DNA of 64,000 nt, taken from NCBI GenBank assembly GCA_041690135.1, contig JAWLHY010000013.1, forward strand, positions 20,911 to 84,910, read 5' to 3'. Under the pieces are notes generated by a model. The model was not told where the DNA came from. It saw only the letters and a program-made list of their open reading frames with translations, and searched no databases. A program made the position numbers and the translations under genes. The DNA is from Armatimonadota bacterium. Lineage in GTDB: Bacteria > Armatimonadota > SYMT01. Below, one piece after another: positions 17,880 to 27,262 of the stretch (position 1 is its first letter; each line of letters opens with the position of its first letter).

Positions 17880-18689
17880 CTAGATCTGGGACCCGGCAGT
17901 GGGCCGCAGGACCAGGTTGGTGATCTGCGAGACGGTGTCCTTGTACTTCGGATCTTTGCTTAGCTTCAGCCAATCCGGGTGCTTCCGGAACTTATCCCAT
18001 GCGGTTTTCAGGGCCTCGTCATTCTCAAAGCCCAACATGTAGGTCAGGTTCGGCAACCGGGTTCCGGACAGGGCGTGTCCGAAGAAGACCGGGTTCATAC
18101 CCGTTTCGCGGAAGAGGCGGATTTCGCCGCCTTCGTTGAACATGTGAACCTTCATCCGGCACCGCTCTTCATTCATGGCTTCGTAGATGCGAAGCTGCAG
18201 CACTCGATTCGAGCCCTTTGCGGGGACCTCTACCTTGGGACAGTGGTCGAAAGCGAGGAGCAGCGAGCTTTCGTAACGGGAGAAGGCCGGGTCCTTCGGC
18301 GCCTCACCGATTCCGGCCAAAGCCTGGGTGAAAGCGCTGTCCTTCGCGAGATTCGTGTCCAACATCACGGCGGAGGGCGCGGAGGCATGCGGCAGCAGCA
18401 GGTAGAGGTCCGGGCTTACCTCGCCGGCAAAGGTGGCCTGGGGATTATCGGCTTTCGTCATCCGGAACGCCCCTACCGGCCGGATACCCACCCGGTTCAG
18501 CGCGGGGATCATTCCCGAGGCCAGGAACTTCTCAAAGGCCTCGCGCTTCTCCGGCGAGGCAAAGGTGTACCGGCGCAACTCCAGAACCTGCTTGCCGCCG
18601 GTGCTCCGCTCCTGGGCTCCGGCACTTGCTCCCAGTACTCCCACCCCCGCGGCGGTCGCCGCTCCCGTCAACAACGCTCTTCTCTCCAT
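17880..18689 (-). CDS. NIPSNAP family protein, Tat-exported
   Basis: MERRALL signal; ELRRY, QLRIYE, PNLTYML, W..F..HPDW, SQI C-terminus. Confidence 0.9.
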   Translation of the reverse strand: MERRALLTGAATAAGVGVLGASAGAQERSTGGKQVLELRRYTFASPEKREAFEKFLASGMIPALNRVGIRPVGAFRMTKADNPQATFAGEVSPDLYLLLPHASAPSAVMLDTNLAKDSAFTQALAGIGEAPKDPAFSRYESSLLLAFDHCPKVEVPAKGSNRVLQLRIYEAMNEERCRMKVHMFNEGGEIRLFRETGMNPVFFGHALSGTRLPNLTYMLGFENDEALKTAWDKFRKHPDWLKLSKDPKYKDTVSQITNLVLRPTAGSQI

Positions 18690-18825
18690 ACGAATCTCCA
18701 ATCGGGCTACCCGGTAACGCCAGGGAAGGGGTGCGAAATCATGCCTCCGCGCACTCCCTTCACTCCCCACGTACATTGCCCGAGACGGTCTCCCACACCT
18801 CCCCCGCTAAGGGTCGCCCTGCGCT

Positions 18826-19090
18826 GCCGCCCACCCGGCAACCCCCAGCCCCAGACCTCCCAAGGCCCGCACGCCGCCTTCCGCCTCCGGTCCAGCCACA
18901 CGGCGTCCCTTTAGCCCTGGACCTCACGCATCACGTTCGACGTTTAGCGCTTTCGGTCCGGCCGCCTGGCACCTCTCCTGCCTCAGACCTCACGTTTCAC
19001 GTTCCATACCTGAGGATTCACGCCGACGCCCGGCCACACGGCTTCCCTCCTGCCACAGCCCTCACGTTTCACGGTTCACGTTTCACGCAC
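18826..19090. repeat. Degenerate tandem array, ~4 units with periods 66/66/72 bp, containing TCACGTT heptamers
   Basis: AGACCTC-like anchor at 18853, 18919, 18985, 19057; shared cggccacacggc..ctcctgcc.cagacctcacgtttcacg. Confidence 0.75.
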
Positions 19091-19102
19091 CCCCCCTCCT
19101 TG

Positions 19103-19131
19103 CTGACAAATCCGTCAGCTACCGGTACAAT
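19103..19131 (+). promoter_or_regulatory. Sigma70-like promoter
   Basis: CTGACA-N17-TACAAT upstream of the 19268 gene. Confidence 0.55.
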
Positions 19132-19267
19132 CCCTTGGGACAATTCGATACCCAGCCTGTATTGCATTAACGACTCGGAAGCCGGGCTCGTCTCGCTAGT
19201 GCTCTACCAGCACGCGGGCGAGCCCGTTTTGTATTTCCAGCGTTCAGTCGTGATTGGAGAGAACCGG

Positions 19268-19660
19268 ATGAGACCCAGGAAGGCACCGACCAACCCCGTA
19301 CCCGCAGCGGTGCAATCGCCATGGATCCACTACCATCGGCAACTCTCGGGAGCGGATTTCTCCCTTCAGGCCAGCACGGCGGCCGTGCCGGGCGACGGGC
19401 ACTTCTATCTATTGCAGCAAGACAGCGTGGTGATGCGCAGTGAAGACTTCCTGGAAGCCGAAGCCGCGTACCGCAGCCTCTGCCGGAAGCACTGGGAAGA
19501 GCACCTGAACTGCGAGGACCCGGCGAGCCGGGTGGCAAGTGCCTGGGGCCTCCTTGGCCTGGAGCCGGGCAATCCCGCCGCCAGCGCCGTTATCGAGCAG
19601 GATGGCCGTCCTGAAGACCGGGCTCGCCTGGCCAAGCAGAAGCAGCGCCGCCGCTTCTGA
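19268..19660 (+). CDS. Hypothetical protein (130 aa)
   Basis: GGAGA RBS, ATG, coding-like codon bias in the 3' part of the 18626 ORF. Confidence 0.65.
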   Translation: MRPRKAPTNPVPAAVQSPWIHYHRQLSGADFSLQASTAAVPGDGHFYLLQQDSVVMRSEDFLEAEAAYRSLCRKHWEEHLNCEDPASRVASAWGLLGLEPGNPAASAVIEQDGRPEDRARLAKQKQRRRF

Positions 19661-19718
19661 TCTCCGCCCGGAGGTCAATTATCCCTTTTCACAGTGAGCG
19701 GCAGACGAACGAGGTGTC

Positions 19719-19916
19719 ATGGAAACCTGGAAAGTATTGACGGCCACGCTGGAAGAACTCGAAGAGCAGCTCAACGGCCTCGCGGCTGAGGGATATCACG
19801 TCTTCTCGATCCAGCCCGTGGGAGCCCCGGAACCGTTATCCAACATCCCCCGCGATCGAAAGTCGCTCGCCCAGCGTACGACATTCGCGGTGGTGGCGCG
19901 CAAACCCAACGCCTGA
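19719..19916 (+). CDS. Small hypothetical protein (DUF4177-like pattern)
   Basis: GAGGTG RBS; WKV...LEEQLN.LA.EGY.V pattern. Confidence 0.7.
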   Translation: METWKVLTATLEELEEQLNGLAAEGYHVFSIQPVGAPEPLSNIPRDRKSLAQRTTFAVVARKPNA

Positions 19917-19985
19917 AACCCGACAGCAGCTCCCACCGGTGCCATTTGGCGCCTGGGGGCTCGACTTGGGAGTATTGCTTCCGCT

Positions 19986-20020
19986 AAACGGGCGGCTCCG
20001 CTGGAGGGAACCGCCCGTTT
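19986..20020. terminator. Hairpin, probable terminator
   Basis: aaacgggcgg.tcc-N7-gga.ccgcccgttt. Confidence 0.55.
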
Positions 20021-20086
20021 GATTCAAGTTCGGACTGCAACCGAGCGGGTTTAGGCATCCCGGTGTGCGGGGCAGATGACTCCCGC

Positions 20087-20482
20087 ATGTCAGTCCGGAA
20101 CCTCATCGCGGCCTTGCTCGCCGGAGCAGCGCTTGCCGCAGCCGAAGAACCTGTAGTGGCCACACGGGCGAAGAAACCTCGCGCCCTCACCCTGATCGCC
20201 ACAGCCTACTGTCCCTGTCGCCGCTGCTGCGGTCCCGCCGCCAAGGGTCGCACCTTCACCGGGCGCCGCGCCCTCGGTCGAGGCGTGGCGGTTAGCCGCG
20301 GTGGTCGGCGCGCGCTCCCTCTCGGCTCCCGCGTGCGGGTGGCGGGCTACGGCACCGCCCGCGTGGACGACGTGGGCGGCGGGATCCGCAGCAACCAGAT
20401 CGACCTCCGGTTCGCCTCCCACCAGCGCGCGCGTGAGTGGGGGAAGCGCCGGGTCCGCGTCATTCTGGTCGGGAAACCTTAA
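20087..20482 (+). CDS. 3D (Asp-Asp-Asp) domain secreted protein
   Basis: ATAY, LPLGSRV.V.GYG, DDVGG.I.SNQIDL, A..WG; signal peptide. Confidence 0.85.
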   Translation: MSVRNLIAALLAGAALAAAEEPVVATRAKKPRALTLIATAYCPCRRCCGPAAKGRTFTGRRALGRGVAVSRGGRRALPLGSRVRVAGYGTARVDDVGGGIRSNQIDLRFASHQRAREWGKRRVRVILVGKP

Positions 20483-20556
20483 GGTATGCTGTAGCGGGCC
20501 GCCGTCCCTACAATGCAGGAACCTCTCCGGTTGATCGCGAACTGTGCACAGCACGC

Positions 20557-20757
20557 TTGCATGGGTTCGGCATCGCCTGTTTTATCCTCGGCCTGATGAC
20601 GCTCGTACCGGCTGTTCAGAGCCTCAACACCTACTGGCGGCACGCGGTGCCGGATCACGTGGAGCGACGGGGTCTTTCCGGCGGGGCGTGGGCCGTGGCG
20701 ATCCTCGGAAGCCTGTTCTGGCTCCTGGCGATTGCGGGTCTCTTCATGCCGGAGTAG
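20557..20757 (+). CDS. Possible small two-TM membrane protein (start uncertain)
   Basis: Two hydrophobic segments in the 20437 ORF frame; no clear RBS. Confidence 0.35.
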   Translation: MHGFGIACFILGLMTLVPAVQSLNTYWRHAVPDHVERRGLSGGAWAVAILGSLFWLLAIAGLFMPE

Positions 20758-20777
20758 GTGGCTTACCTCGAGTTCCT

Positions 20778-20834
20778 AACCTGCACTGTCTCGCGGGTGA
20801 GAAACGTTTCCCTGCCCGCGAGACAGTGCAGGTT
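20778..20834. repeat. Perfect 20-bp inverted repeat (REP/MITE-like or terminator)
   Basis: aacctgcactgtctcgcggg-N17-cccgcgagacagtgcaggtt. Confidence 0.85.
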
Positions 20835-20892
20835 GGAAGTCCGCGACGGCGGACTTTGTTCGGACAGCCGCGCGATTTCAATTCGCGGACGG

Positions 20893-21780
20893 TTAGGCCG
20901 ACCGGCGTCGTTTGATCAGGGCCACGACCCCCAGCGCAGGAAGGAAGAGCGCCAGGGCACCCGGCTCCGGCACGGCTTCGCCTACGGGAGAGTCATCCAG
21001 GATCACCACGCGACCGGACCCTCCGAAGCCATTCTCCGGGCCGCCAATACCTACATGGGTCACGTAGTACAGATCGCTCACTCCCGCCGGTGTGGCGCCG
21101 GTACCACCGGCCTGGAGGTGGAGGGTAGCGCTTTCGAATGCGAACGCGGAACCGCCGCCCCCGCCGCCGTAATCGCCTCCGCCTCCGCCGCCGAAGTAGC
21201 CGCCGCCCCCACCGCCGCCATTCTCACCGAACCCGCCGAGGAACTGGCTGCCCGGAGTGGACGCCCCACCACCACTACTGCCGCCGGCGAACTGGGTGCC
21301 GCCCCCGCCGCTGCCGCTGCCGGTGCCATCCTGACCTTTTACACCGCCTCCGGCTCCTCCCGAGCCGGCTTCACTGGCACCGCCCCCGCCGCCGGCGGTT
21401 ACCAGTTCCAGCCTACCGGCCCGGATGGCGGAGCGCCCACCACCACTGGCTCCCTGGAATGCGTTCCCGCCGCCCCCGTACACGGGGTTCGTGCTGAGAC
21501 TTCCTCCTTGGCCTACCACCACGGTGAATGAGTCGCCTGAATTCACCGTGAACGACGCGTCCGTGAATCCTCCGGCGCCGCCCTGCGTCCCATAGAAGCC
21601 GCCACCTCCCGCGCCCCAGAGCTTTACCCGGAGCCGCGTGACGCCCGCCGGAACGGTAAACGATTGATCGGCCCCGGTGTAACCGTAGGTCCCCAGCACC
21701 GTCTGCGCCGCTGCCGGCCGCGCTCCTCCCAACAGACCTGCCGCCAGGGTTGCCCCCAGCAGCACCTTCCAGATCCTCAT
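20893..21780 (-). CDS. Glycine-rich PEP-CTERM surface protein
   Basis: Signal peptide; FTVPAGVT...KLWGAGGGG Gly-rich domain; VPEP-TM-KRRR C-terminus. Confidence 0.9.
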   Translation of the reverse strand: MRIWKVLLGATLAAGLLGGARPAAAQTVLGTYGYTGADQSFTVPAGVTRLRVKLWGAGGGGFYGTQGGAGGFTDASFTVNSGDSFTVVVGQGGSLSTNPVYGGGGNAFQGASGGGRSAIRAGRLELVTAGGGGGASEAGSGGAGGGVKGQDGTGSGSGGGGTQFAGGSSGGGASTPGSQFLGGFGENGGGGGGGYFGGGGGGDYGGGGGGSAFAFESATLHLQAGGTGATPAGVSDLYYVTHVGIGGPENGFGGSGRVVILDDSPVGEAVPEPGALALFLPALGVVALIKRRRSA

Positions 21781-22025
21781 CTGCACTCCCTTACTACCAT
21801 GGTTCAAGCAAGCACCCGGAAATCTCTTACTGAATTTCTACTTACTTGATGCAAAACGAGCTAAAAGTAAATGCATTTGGAAATCGGATGTGCACGCTTC
21901 CTGGGCAAGCGAGAATGGCAGTTACTGACGTCATCACGAGGTGCTGGGGAGGAGGGAAGGAAATCCGTGCCGGCGGCAACGAACCCACACCCGTGCGGGA
22001 TCCTTCCTCCCCCGCAGAGCCGCGA

Positions 22026-22634
22026 ATGGAAAAAGAACCGCCCCCCACTCTCGATCGGCCACGGTCGATGCGCGACCCCGCGGAAAGAGCCCGCCGCCGC
22101 GAGATGCTCGCACTTCCTCACATCGCACCACTGGCGGCCTACGCCGAGTCGCTCCGGAACCACGGTGAAGTGCCGGACTTCGACCCGCTGGACGGCGGCA
22201 TCCACGCCCGGGTCCTGTTCCTACTGGAGAAGCCCGGACCGATGACCGCGGAGAAAGGCGGTAGCGGCTTCATCAGCCGTAACAACGACGACCCGACGGC
22301 GGAAGCGACCTTCAACTTCCTGAAAGAAGCACGGATCCCGCGCGAGATCACCGTCCTGTGGAATGTGGTCCCCTGGTGGAACGGCACGCGGAACGTCACT
22401 GCAGAGGAACTGCGCGACGGTGTAGCCTGCATCCGGGATCTGGTCGGCCTGCTTCCGGACCTTCGGGTGGTGGTCCTGGTGGGCGCGAAAGCCGCACGCG
22501 CGAGACCGCTCCTGGAGAATGCAGGCTATCCGATCCTTACTTCCGCGCATCCGTCTCCCGTGACGCGGGCCGCCTACCGGGAACAGTGGGACGCCATTCC
22601 GACCGAGTGGGCTCGGGTACACGAGTACCTCTGA
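22026..22634 (+). CDS. Uracil-DNA glycosylase superfamily protein (start uncertain)
   Basis: LLEKPG, NNDDPTA, WNVVPW, VVLVG..A, HPSP motifs. Confidence 0.85.
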   Translation: MEKEPPPTLDRPRSMRDPAERARRREMLALPHIAPLAAYAESLRNHGEVPDFDPLDGGIHARVLFLLEKPGPMTAEKGGSGFISRNNDDPTAEATFNFLKEARIPREITVLWNVVPWWNGTRNVTAEELRDGVACIRDLVGLLPDLRVVVLVGAKAARARPLLENAGYPILTSAHPSPVTRAAYREQWDAIPTEWARVHEYL

Positions 22635-22657
22635 CCTCTGATCCGGAGCCAGCACCA

Positions 22658-23098
22658 ATGCCCAATCCAGACCCAGAGCCGACTTACAGCCAGCGGGAAG
22701 TGCAGAACATGCTCTTCGAACGCCTGCCCGCCGGGAAATACACCTGGATCCCCGACCCGGAAGGCAACGCCGCGGTCCAGGCCTACGGAACGAGGTTCCT
22801 CCCCTCGCAGCCGGTGTACGTGAACTACCGCCCCAGCGTGGTCAAGATGCAGGTCCGCTTCACGCCGCGCCGGATATCCCTGACGCGAGAAGAGGAGTTG
22901 TGGCAGGCCGCCGAGGTGGCGAGGAGTCCGCTGCGGGCCGCAGGCGCCTCTTCGCGCCGGCAGAAGGGCCACACGCAGGAGACGGAGCGGGACGAGCAGT
23001 GGGTGGTCACCATCCCCGAGCGCCTGGGCGAGGGCGGTTACCGGACTCTGGAAAGGTTTGTGGCACTGGTGGCCGATTGCATGGGTATTCAGACTTAG
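22658..23098 (+). CDS. Hypothetical protein (146 aa)
   Basis: GGAG RBS, ATG, strong GC3 bias; co-oriented with the UDG gene. Confidence 0.7.
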   Translation: MPNPDPEPTYSQREVQNMLFERLPAGKYTWIPDPEGNAAVQAYGTRFLPSQPVYVNYRPSVVKMQVRFTPRRISLTREEELWQAAEVARSPLRAAGASSRRQKGHTQETERDEQWVVTIPERLGEGGYRTLERFVALVADCMGIQT

Positions 23099-23183
23099 AC
23101 AGGCGAGGCATTAACTGGTTCCAAGGTACCGCCTCCGGAGTTGTTCTACCCGGTGACCTCGCAACGTGGCGTTCGGGGAGGTA

Positions 23184-23212
23184 TTGCCTGTATGTACTCT
23201 TAACAGTACAAC
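23184..23212 (+). promoter_or_regulatory. Sigma70-like promoter overlapped by a palindromic operator
   Basis: TTGCCT-N17-TACAAC; TGTACT-N6-AGTACA at 23193-23210. Confidence 0.5.
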
Positions 23213-23247
23213 GTGGGTTTGATTGGTCTTCAAGGAGGATGGCATCG

Positions 23248-23919
23248 GTGCGTAACCTGGGAATTGTATTCGGGGTGGTGCTGGCGTGTGGAGCGAGGCC
23301 CACAGCGGCCCAGACCACCATCAACACCTTTCCGGATACGAACAATGTGATTGCGGCAGTTGGCGAATCGGCTTCGCAAACATGCATGGGACAAACGTTT
23401 ACTGCAGGTGACACCCCTGTTCTCCGACGTTTCCGGTTTCAGATTGGGCAGGAACCCGGATTCAGGGGAACAGCTCGCCTTCGTGCTCATCTTGCGCAGT
23501 GGAACAGCAGAGGATGGGTAACCGGCCCGCTGCTCTACTCGAGTGACAGCTTCACGCCTACCAGTGGCCTACCGTTAACCACATACACTTTCGAAACCGG
23601 CAATCTACTCCTCATTCCGGGTGTGCAGTACGTAGCGTTTGTGAGCGCTTTAGGGCTGGAAGATGGCGTTCAAGACGGTGCCCGGATGGGATGTGTGACT
23701 GATTCCGACCCTTATCCGGAAGGGCACCTGGTTACGTCACAGTCCACTGACCTCGGCTCCCTGTCCAACCCCTGGGGATCGCGGCGAGACATTGATCTAG
23801 TCTTCTCCGCAGAGTTCTTCCCGGAGGGCGCGACCGCCGTTCCCGAGCCCGGGGCCCTGGCACTCTTCCTGCCCGCTCTCGGCGTGGTGGCGGTCCTCCG
23901 CCGGCGCCGGATCGATTGA
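23248..23919 (+). CDS. PEP-CTERM surface protein
   Basis: AAGGAGG RBS with GTG start, signal peptide, GQTF motif, VPEP-TM-RRRR tail. Confidence 0.88.
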   Translation: MRNLGIVFGVVLACGARPTAAQTTINTFPDTNNVIAAVGESASQTCMGQTFTAGDTPVLRRFRFQIGQEPGFRGTARLRAHLAQWNSRGWVTGPLLYSSDSFTPTSGLPLTTYTFETGNLLLIPGVQYVAFVSALGLEDGVQDGARMGCVTDSDPYPEGHLVTSQSTDLGSLSNPWGSRRDIDLVFSAEFFPEGATAVPEPGALALFLPALGVVAVLRRRRID

Positions 23920-24121
23920 AGCCTGATCCATGCAAGGACGACACGACGCCGGCGGAACTCCACGTAGATCTACCGCCGTCGTGTTGTCATAGGGAGCCTC
24001 TTCTTCGGGTGGATGTGCATGGTTCTGCTTAATACCCGCCACCCCAGCCTCTCCCAATGTGCGACCGTAGTACTTTGCGAGCGAGAGCTGCGTGGGCGTC
24101 TGGACCTCTCGGGATTTTCCT

Positions 24122-24160
24122 CTTTGCGGCCCTCTGCGTTACTCTGCGTCTTTGCGGTGA
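24122..24160. repeat. 39-bp CTTTGCG/CTCTGCG dispersed repeat, copy 1
   Basis: 36/39 identical to 29205-29243. Confidence 0.8.
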
Positions 24161-26268
24161 ACGCTTCCCTCGATCCGGTCTAGCGCGCGCGCCGCTGCCG
24201 CCCGGAACGCCTCGTCTTCTTCGATCCAGCTTGCGTGGGAGCCGACCTCCAGTAGTCGCCGCTCCGACTCTACGATCCGCCGCAGCTCCGGCGCCGCAGC
24301 CTGGGCCCGCGGTCCCATCTCCTCCAGGCACTCCAGCACCCGCAGCCCCGCGGGATCGACTCGCAGGTGCTGAAGCAGGATGGGGAGGACCGCCTCCACC
24401 TCCCCGGCGACGCGCCACAGCGCCCGCGCCGCGTGGATCTGGATCCAGTGGCTCGGGTAGTCGAGGGCATCCCGCAGTGCGGGAACGGCCTCCCGAGCGG
24501 GCGGGCCGATGATGGCCAGGTGTTCCGCCGCCGTCGAGCCCGCGCTGCGCACCCCCGGTATCGAGCGTAGATTCACCAGGATGTCCACCAGTGGCGGGAC
24601 CGCCAGTTCCGCGCTCTCGCCGATGCGCCAGAGGGCGAGAGCCGCGTGCGCTCGCACGTTGGCCTCTGGGTCCGCCAGCAGCTCTTCAAGAGCAGTCAGC
24701 CCCTCCGCGGCCTCCGGACCGATGGCCCCCAGCGCCCCGACGGCGGTACGACGGACGAAGGAGTCCCCGTGCCGTAAGCAGCCACATAGGGCCGGGATGG
24801 CCGGTGCGGCGGCGCCACCCCAGCGCGCGAGTGCCGCGGCCGCTCCGGACGCCAGCTCCGGGTCCTGCAGCGCGGCGATCAGGTCCGGAAGGGCGGCGTG
24901 GGCCATGGGACCCATCTCTCCCAGCGTGGCCGCGGCCCGGTGCCGGACCGCTAGCGGGTAGCCTTGGGGCCGGAGCAGGCTCCGAAGCACCGGTACCGCG
25001 GCGCCGGCCGCCAGAGCCAGTCGCCGGACGGAGTCCAGTGCCGTGAGGCGGATGGGTTGTTCCCCGACCTCTTCCAGGAGGCGGATCAGGCACGGTACGG
25101 CCTGCCCCTCCCCCAGCGCCGCAACGGCTGCGGCTACCGACACGCGGGTGTGGGCGGAGCCGACCTCAAGGTGGCTCAGCAGCGCCTCCCGCGCCGGACT
25201 CGCCGCAGGTCCCAACTCCGCCAGCGTGCGCGCGGCGGCTTCCTGCACGGCGGGAGCCGGGTCGGAAAGCAGTTCTCCCAGCACCGGCGCGAGGGCGTGT
25301 TCCGGGCCGTGCCGTTCCCGGCAGAGGCTTCCCGCAGCCCTGGTGGCCTGCTCCCGGATCTCCGCGTCGGGATGCTGAAGCAGAGCCAGTACAAACTCCT
25401 GGCGGCGCTCCGGGTACGGTGCGAGGCGTGCATCGATCGACAGCAGCGGGAGGTCGCTCCACCAGGGGAACTCTTCGGATGCCCCCATAAGCGGAATTGA
25501 CGCGACCAGCACAGGAAGGAGATCCCCATCCGGTCCCGCGCCGCTCAACTCCCCGAGAGCCAGGACGGCCGCACCGCGGACCAGCGGGTCCTCGCCGTCC
25601 GCCCGCGCCAGGCACAATAGGTCGTCACGCCAGCGCTCTCGGGGCACGCCGGCAGTCAATTCGCGAGCGTCCGCCCTCCGGTAGAGCTCCGCGAAGCCAA
25701 GCGCAGCGCTGGCTTTGGCTTGCGGCACGGGCTCCGCTGTCAGCCATTCCCGAAGGACCGGCGCGATCTCGGCGACACGCTCTTCGCAGACCGCCAACAG
25801 GTAAGGAGCCACCATCCGTAGGTCCGGGTCCGGGTCCGCCAGCAGACGGAGGTAGACCGGCAACCCTTCCACCACGGCCGCATGCGCCGCGCGAACCCAC
25901 TCCAGCTCCTCCCGCCGCCGCTCCTCCAACTCGGGAGACTCGTCGCGCCCGGAGACAGGGGGCCGCTCGTGGACCGCCAGGTACGAGCGCCCGGTAGCGA
26001 GCTCCCGCAGGAGATGGGCGATCCCCATGCGTTCCGGGACGGATGGCTCTTCCAACAGCTCGATCAGGAATGGGACGGCGTAAGCCGAGGCCTCGTAGAC
26101 CGTCCCCTGGTGCCAGATGTTGCTGTACAGGTCGCCCAGCGCCTCCTGCCGGGCCTCCTCCTCCGCCGCCAACAGCGCGCGAAGCTGGCCGGGCACATCC
26201 ACCGCCTCGCCATATGCATGGCGGAGGCGGGACCAATCGATCGTTTCGAGACCCTCCAACATTTGCAT
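24139..26268 (-). CDS. HEAT/PBS-lyase repeat protein
   Basis: N-terminal DWSRLRHAYG.A.DVP..L..L motif; many A..ALG.IGP.A..A.P.L repeats. Confidence 0.88.
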   Translation of the reverse strand: MQMLEGLETIDWSRLRHAYGEAVDVPGQLRALLAAEEEARQEALGDLYSNIWHQGTVYEASAYAVPFLIELLEEPSVPERMGIAHLLRELATGRSYLAVHERPPVSGRDESPELEERRREELEWVRAAHAAVVEGLPVYLRLLADPDPDLRMVAPYLLAVCEERVAEIAPVLREWLTAEPVPQAKASAALGFAELYRRADARELTAGVPRERWRDDLLCLARADGEDPLVRGAAVLALGELSGAGPDGDLLPVLVASIPLMGASEEFPWWSDLPLLSIDARLAPYPERRQEFVLALLQHPDAEIREQATRAAGSLCRERHGPEHALAPVLGELLSDPAPAVQEAAARTLAELGPAASPAREALLSHLEVGSAHTRVSVAAAVAALGEGQAVPCLIRLLEEVGEQPIRLTALDSVRRLALAAGAAVPVLRSLLRPQGYPLAVRHRAAATLGEMGPMAHAALPDLIAALQDPELASGAAAALARWGGAAAPAIPALCGCLRHGDSFVRRTAVGALGAIGPEAAEGLTALEELLADPEANVRAHAALALWRIGESAELAVPPLVDILVNLRSIPGVRSAGSTAAEHLAIIGPPAREAVPALRDALDYPSHWIQIHAARALWRVAGEVEAVLPILLQHLRVDPAGLRVLECLEEMGPRAQAAAPELRRIVESERRLLEVGSHASWIEEDEAFRAAAARALDRIEGSVHRKDAE

Positions 26269-26321
26269 TTCTCCGGTCTCAAGCCGCAGCCGCCTGCAAT
26301 GCTTTATCCACCGACGGCTGG

Positions 26322-26945
26322 CTAGGGGCGCGAGAAATGCGCCTTTCCTAACTTGGCCTCGCGCAGGTGGATGCGCCCTGTGTCATCGTGTGCCTCCAAC
26401 TCCACCAGGGCCTTGCCTCCCGCATCATACAGCGCCATGGCTCCCCCTTCACCTCCCGGCAGGGGGTACAACCGCACCCTGGGTGCCCCCGCCGAATCTC
26501 CGACTACAACCTGTCCGCCTTTTGCGGTTGCCGAGAACTCGCCGACATGCTTCTGACCCGCGTCGTTGAAGATGAGTAACCGCCCGCCCCCGGCGGAGTG
26601 ATCCACGAGCGCAGCCGGCATTCCAACGCCGTCATAGACGCCAATGCCGCCCCCTCCCGCGCCTCCCATGTCCGCCAGCCCGACAACGCTCTTTCCCGCA
26701 CCATTGTACACGCGCAGGACGGCACGACCATCGGCGACGTCTACATCCAGGAGTGTCCGGTTCCGCGCGTCCACCACCTTGAATGGGGCTTTCACAGTGG
26801 TACCCTCACTCTGCGTACTGGCAGGTCTCGATACGGAGAGCAGTGCGGCTCCCGCAACTACCGCCAGCGCCGTCCAGCGGGCCATGCGCTCTCGCCGTTC
26901 CACTTGCGCGAGGCGTCGTTCCAGCCCCACAAGTCGATCTTCCAT
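26322..26945 (-). CDS. Hypothetical membrane-anchored protein (coiled coil, TM, beta-hairpin repeats)
   Basis: RL..LERR.. coiled coil, hydrophobic segment, repeated [LI].[YF][DN]..GK hairpins; RBS GAGGGGA. Confidence 0.75.
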   Translation of the reverse strand: MEDRLVGLERRLAQVERRERMARWTALAVVAGAALLSVSRPASTQSEGTTVKAPFKVVDARNRTLLDVDVADGRAVLRVYNGAGKSVVGLADMGGAGGGGIGVYDGVGMPAALVDHSAGGGRLLIFNDAGQKHVGEFSATAKGGQVVVGDSAGAPRVRLYPLPGGEGGAMALYDAGGKALVELEAHDDTGRIHLREAKLGKAHFSRP

Positions 26946-27262
26946 AGAGTTCCCCTCTCCGGGCGCCACACGTCGGCACAAGCGTTGCCATTCCGGGGCA
27001 CCGGGTCCCTCTTGAAGAACGCTGCCATCAGGCAATGGTTGCGCCAACCGCCACCGGACTGGCTGCCTTGTGAAGTGAGATCTCTCGCGCCCGAGTCGGG
27101 TCAGCCCCTCTACTGGTTTGATTACACCAGGGCACTATCGAAGAAGGTCGGACAGCCACGGCGGCAGAAATCCGGAAACAGGGGCCGTCGGCGGAAGCAC
27201 GAGCCCGGTAGCGACCAGCGGCTCGCCGAACAACAACGAGACTCCCAAGGCCACAGACCGCG

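Noticed and set aside
18626-19660. Full 344-aa ORF
   Set aside because: The 5' part overlaps the NIPSNAP gene and crosses the repeat array; a promoter and RBS point to a start at 19268.
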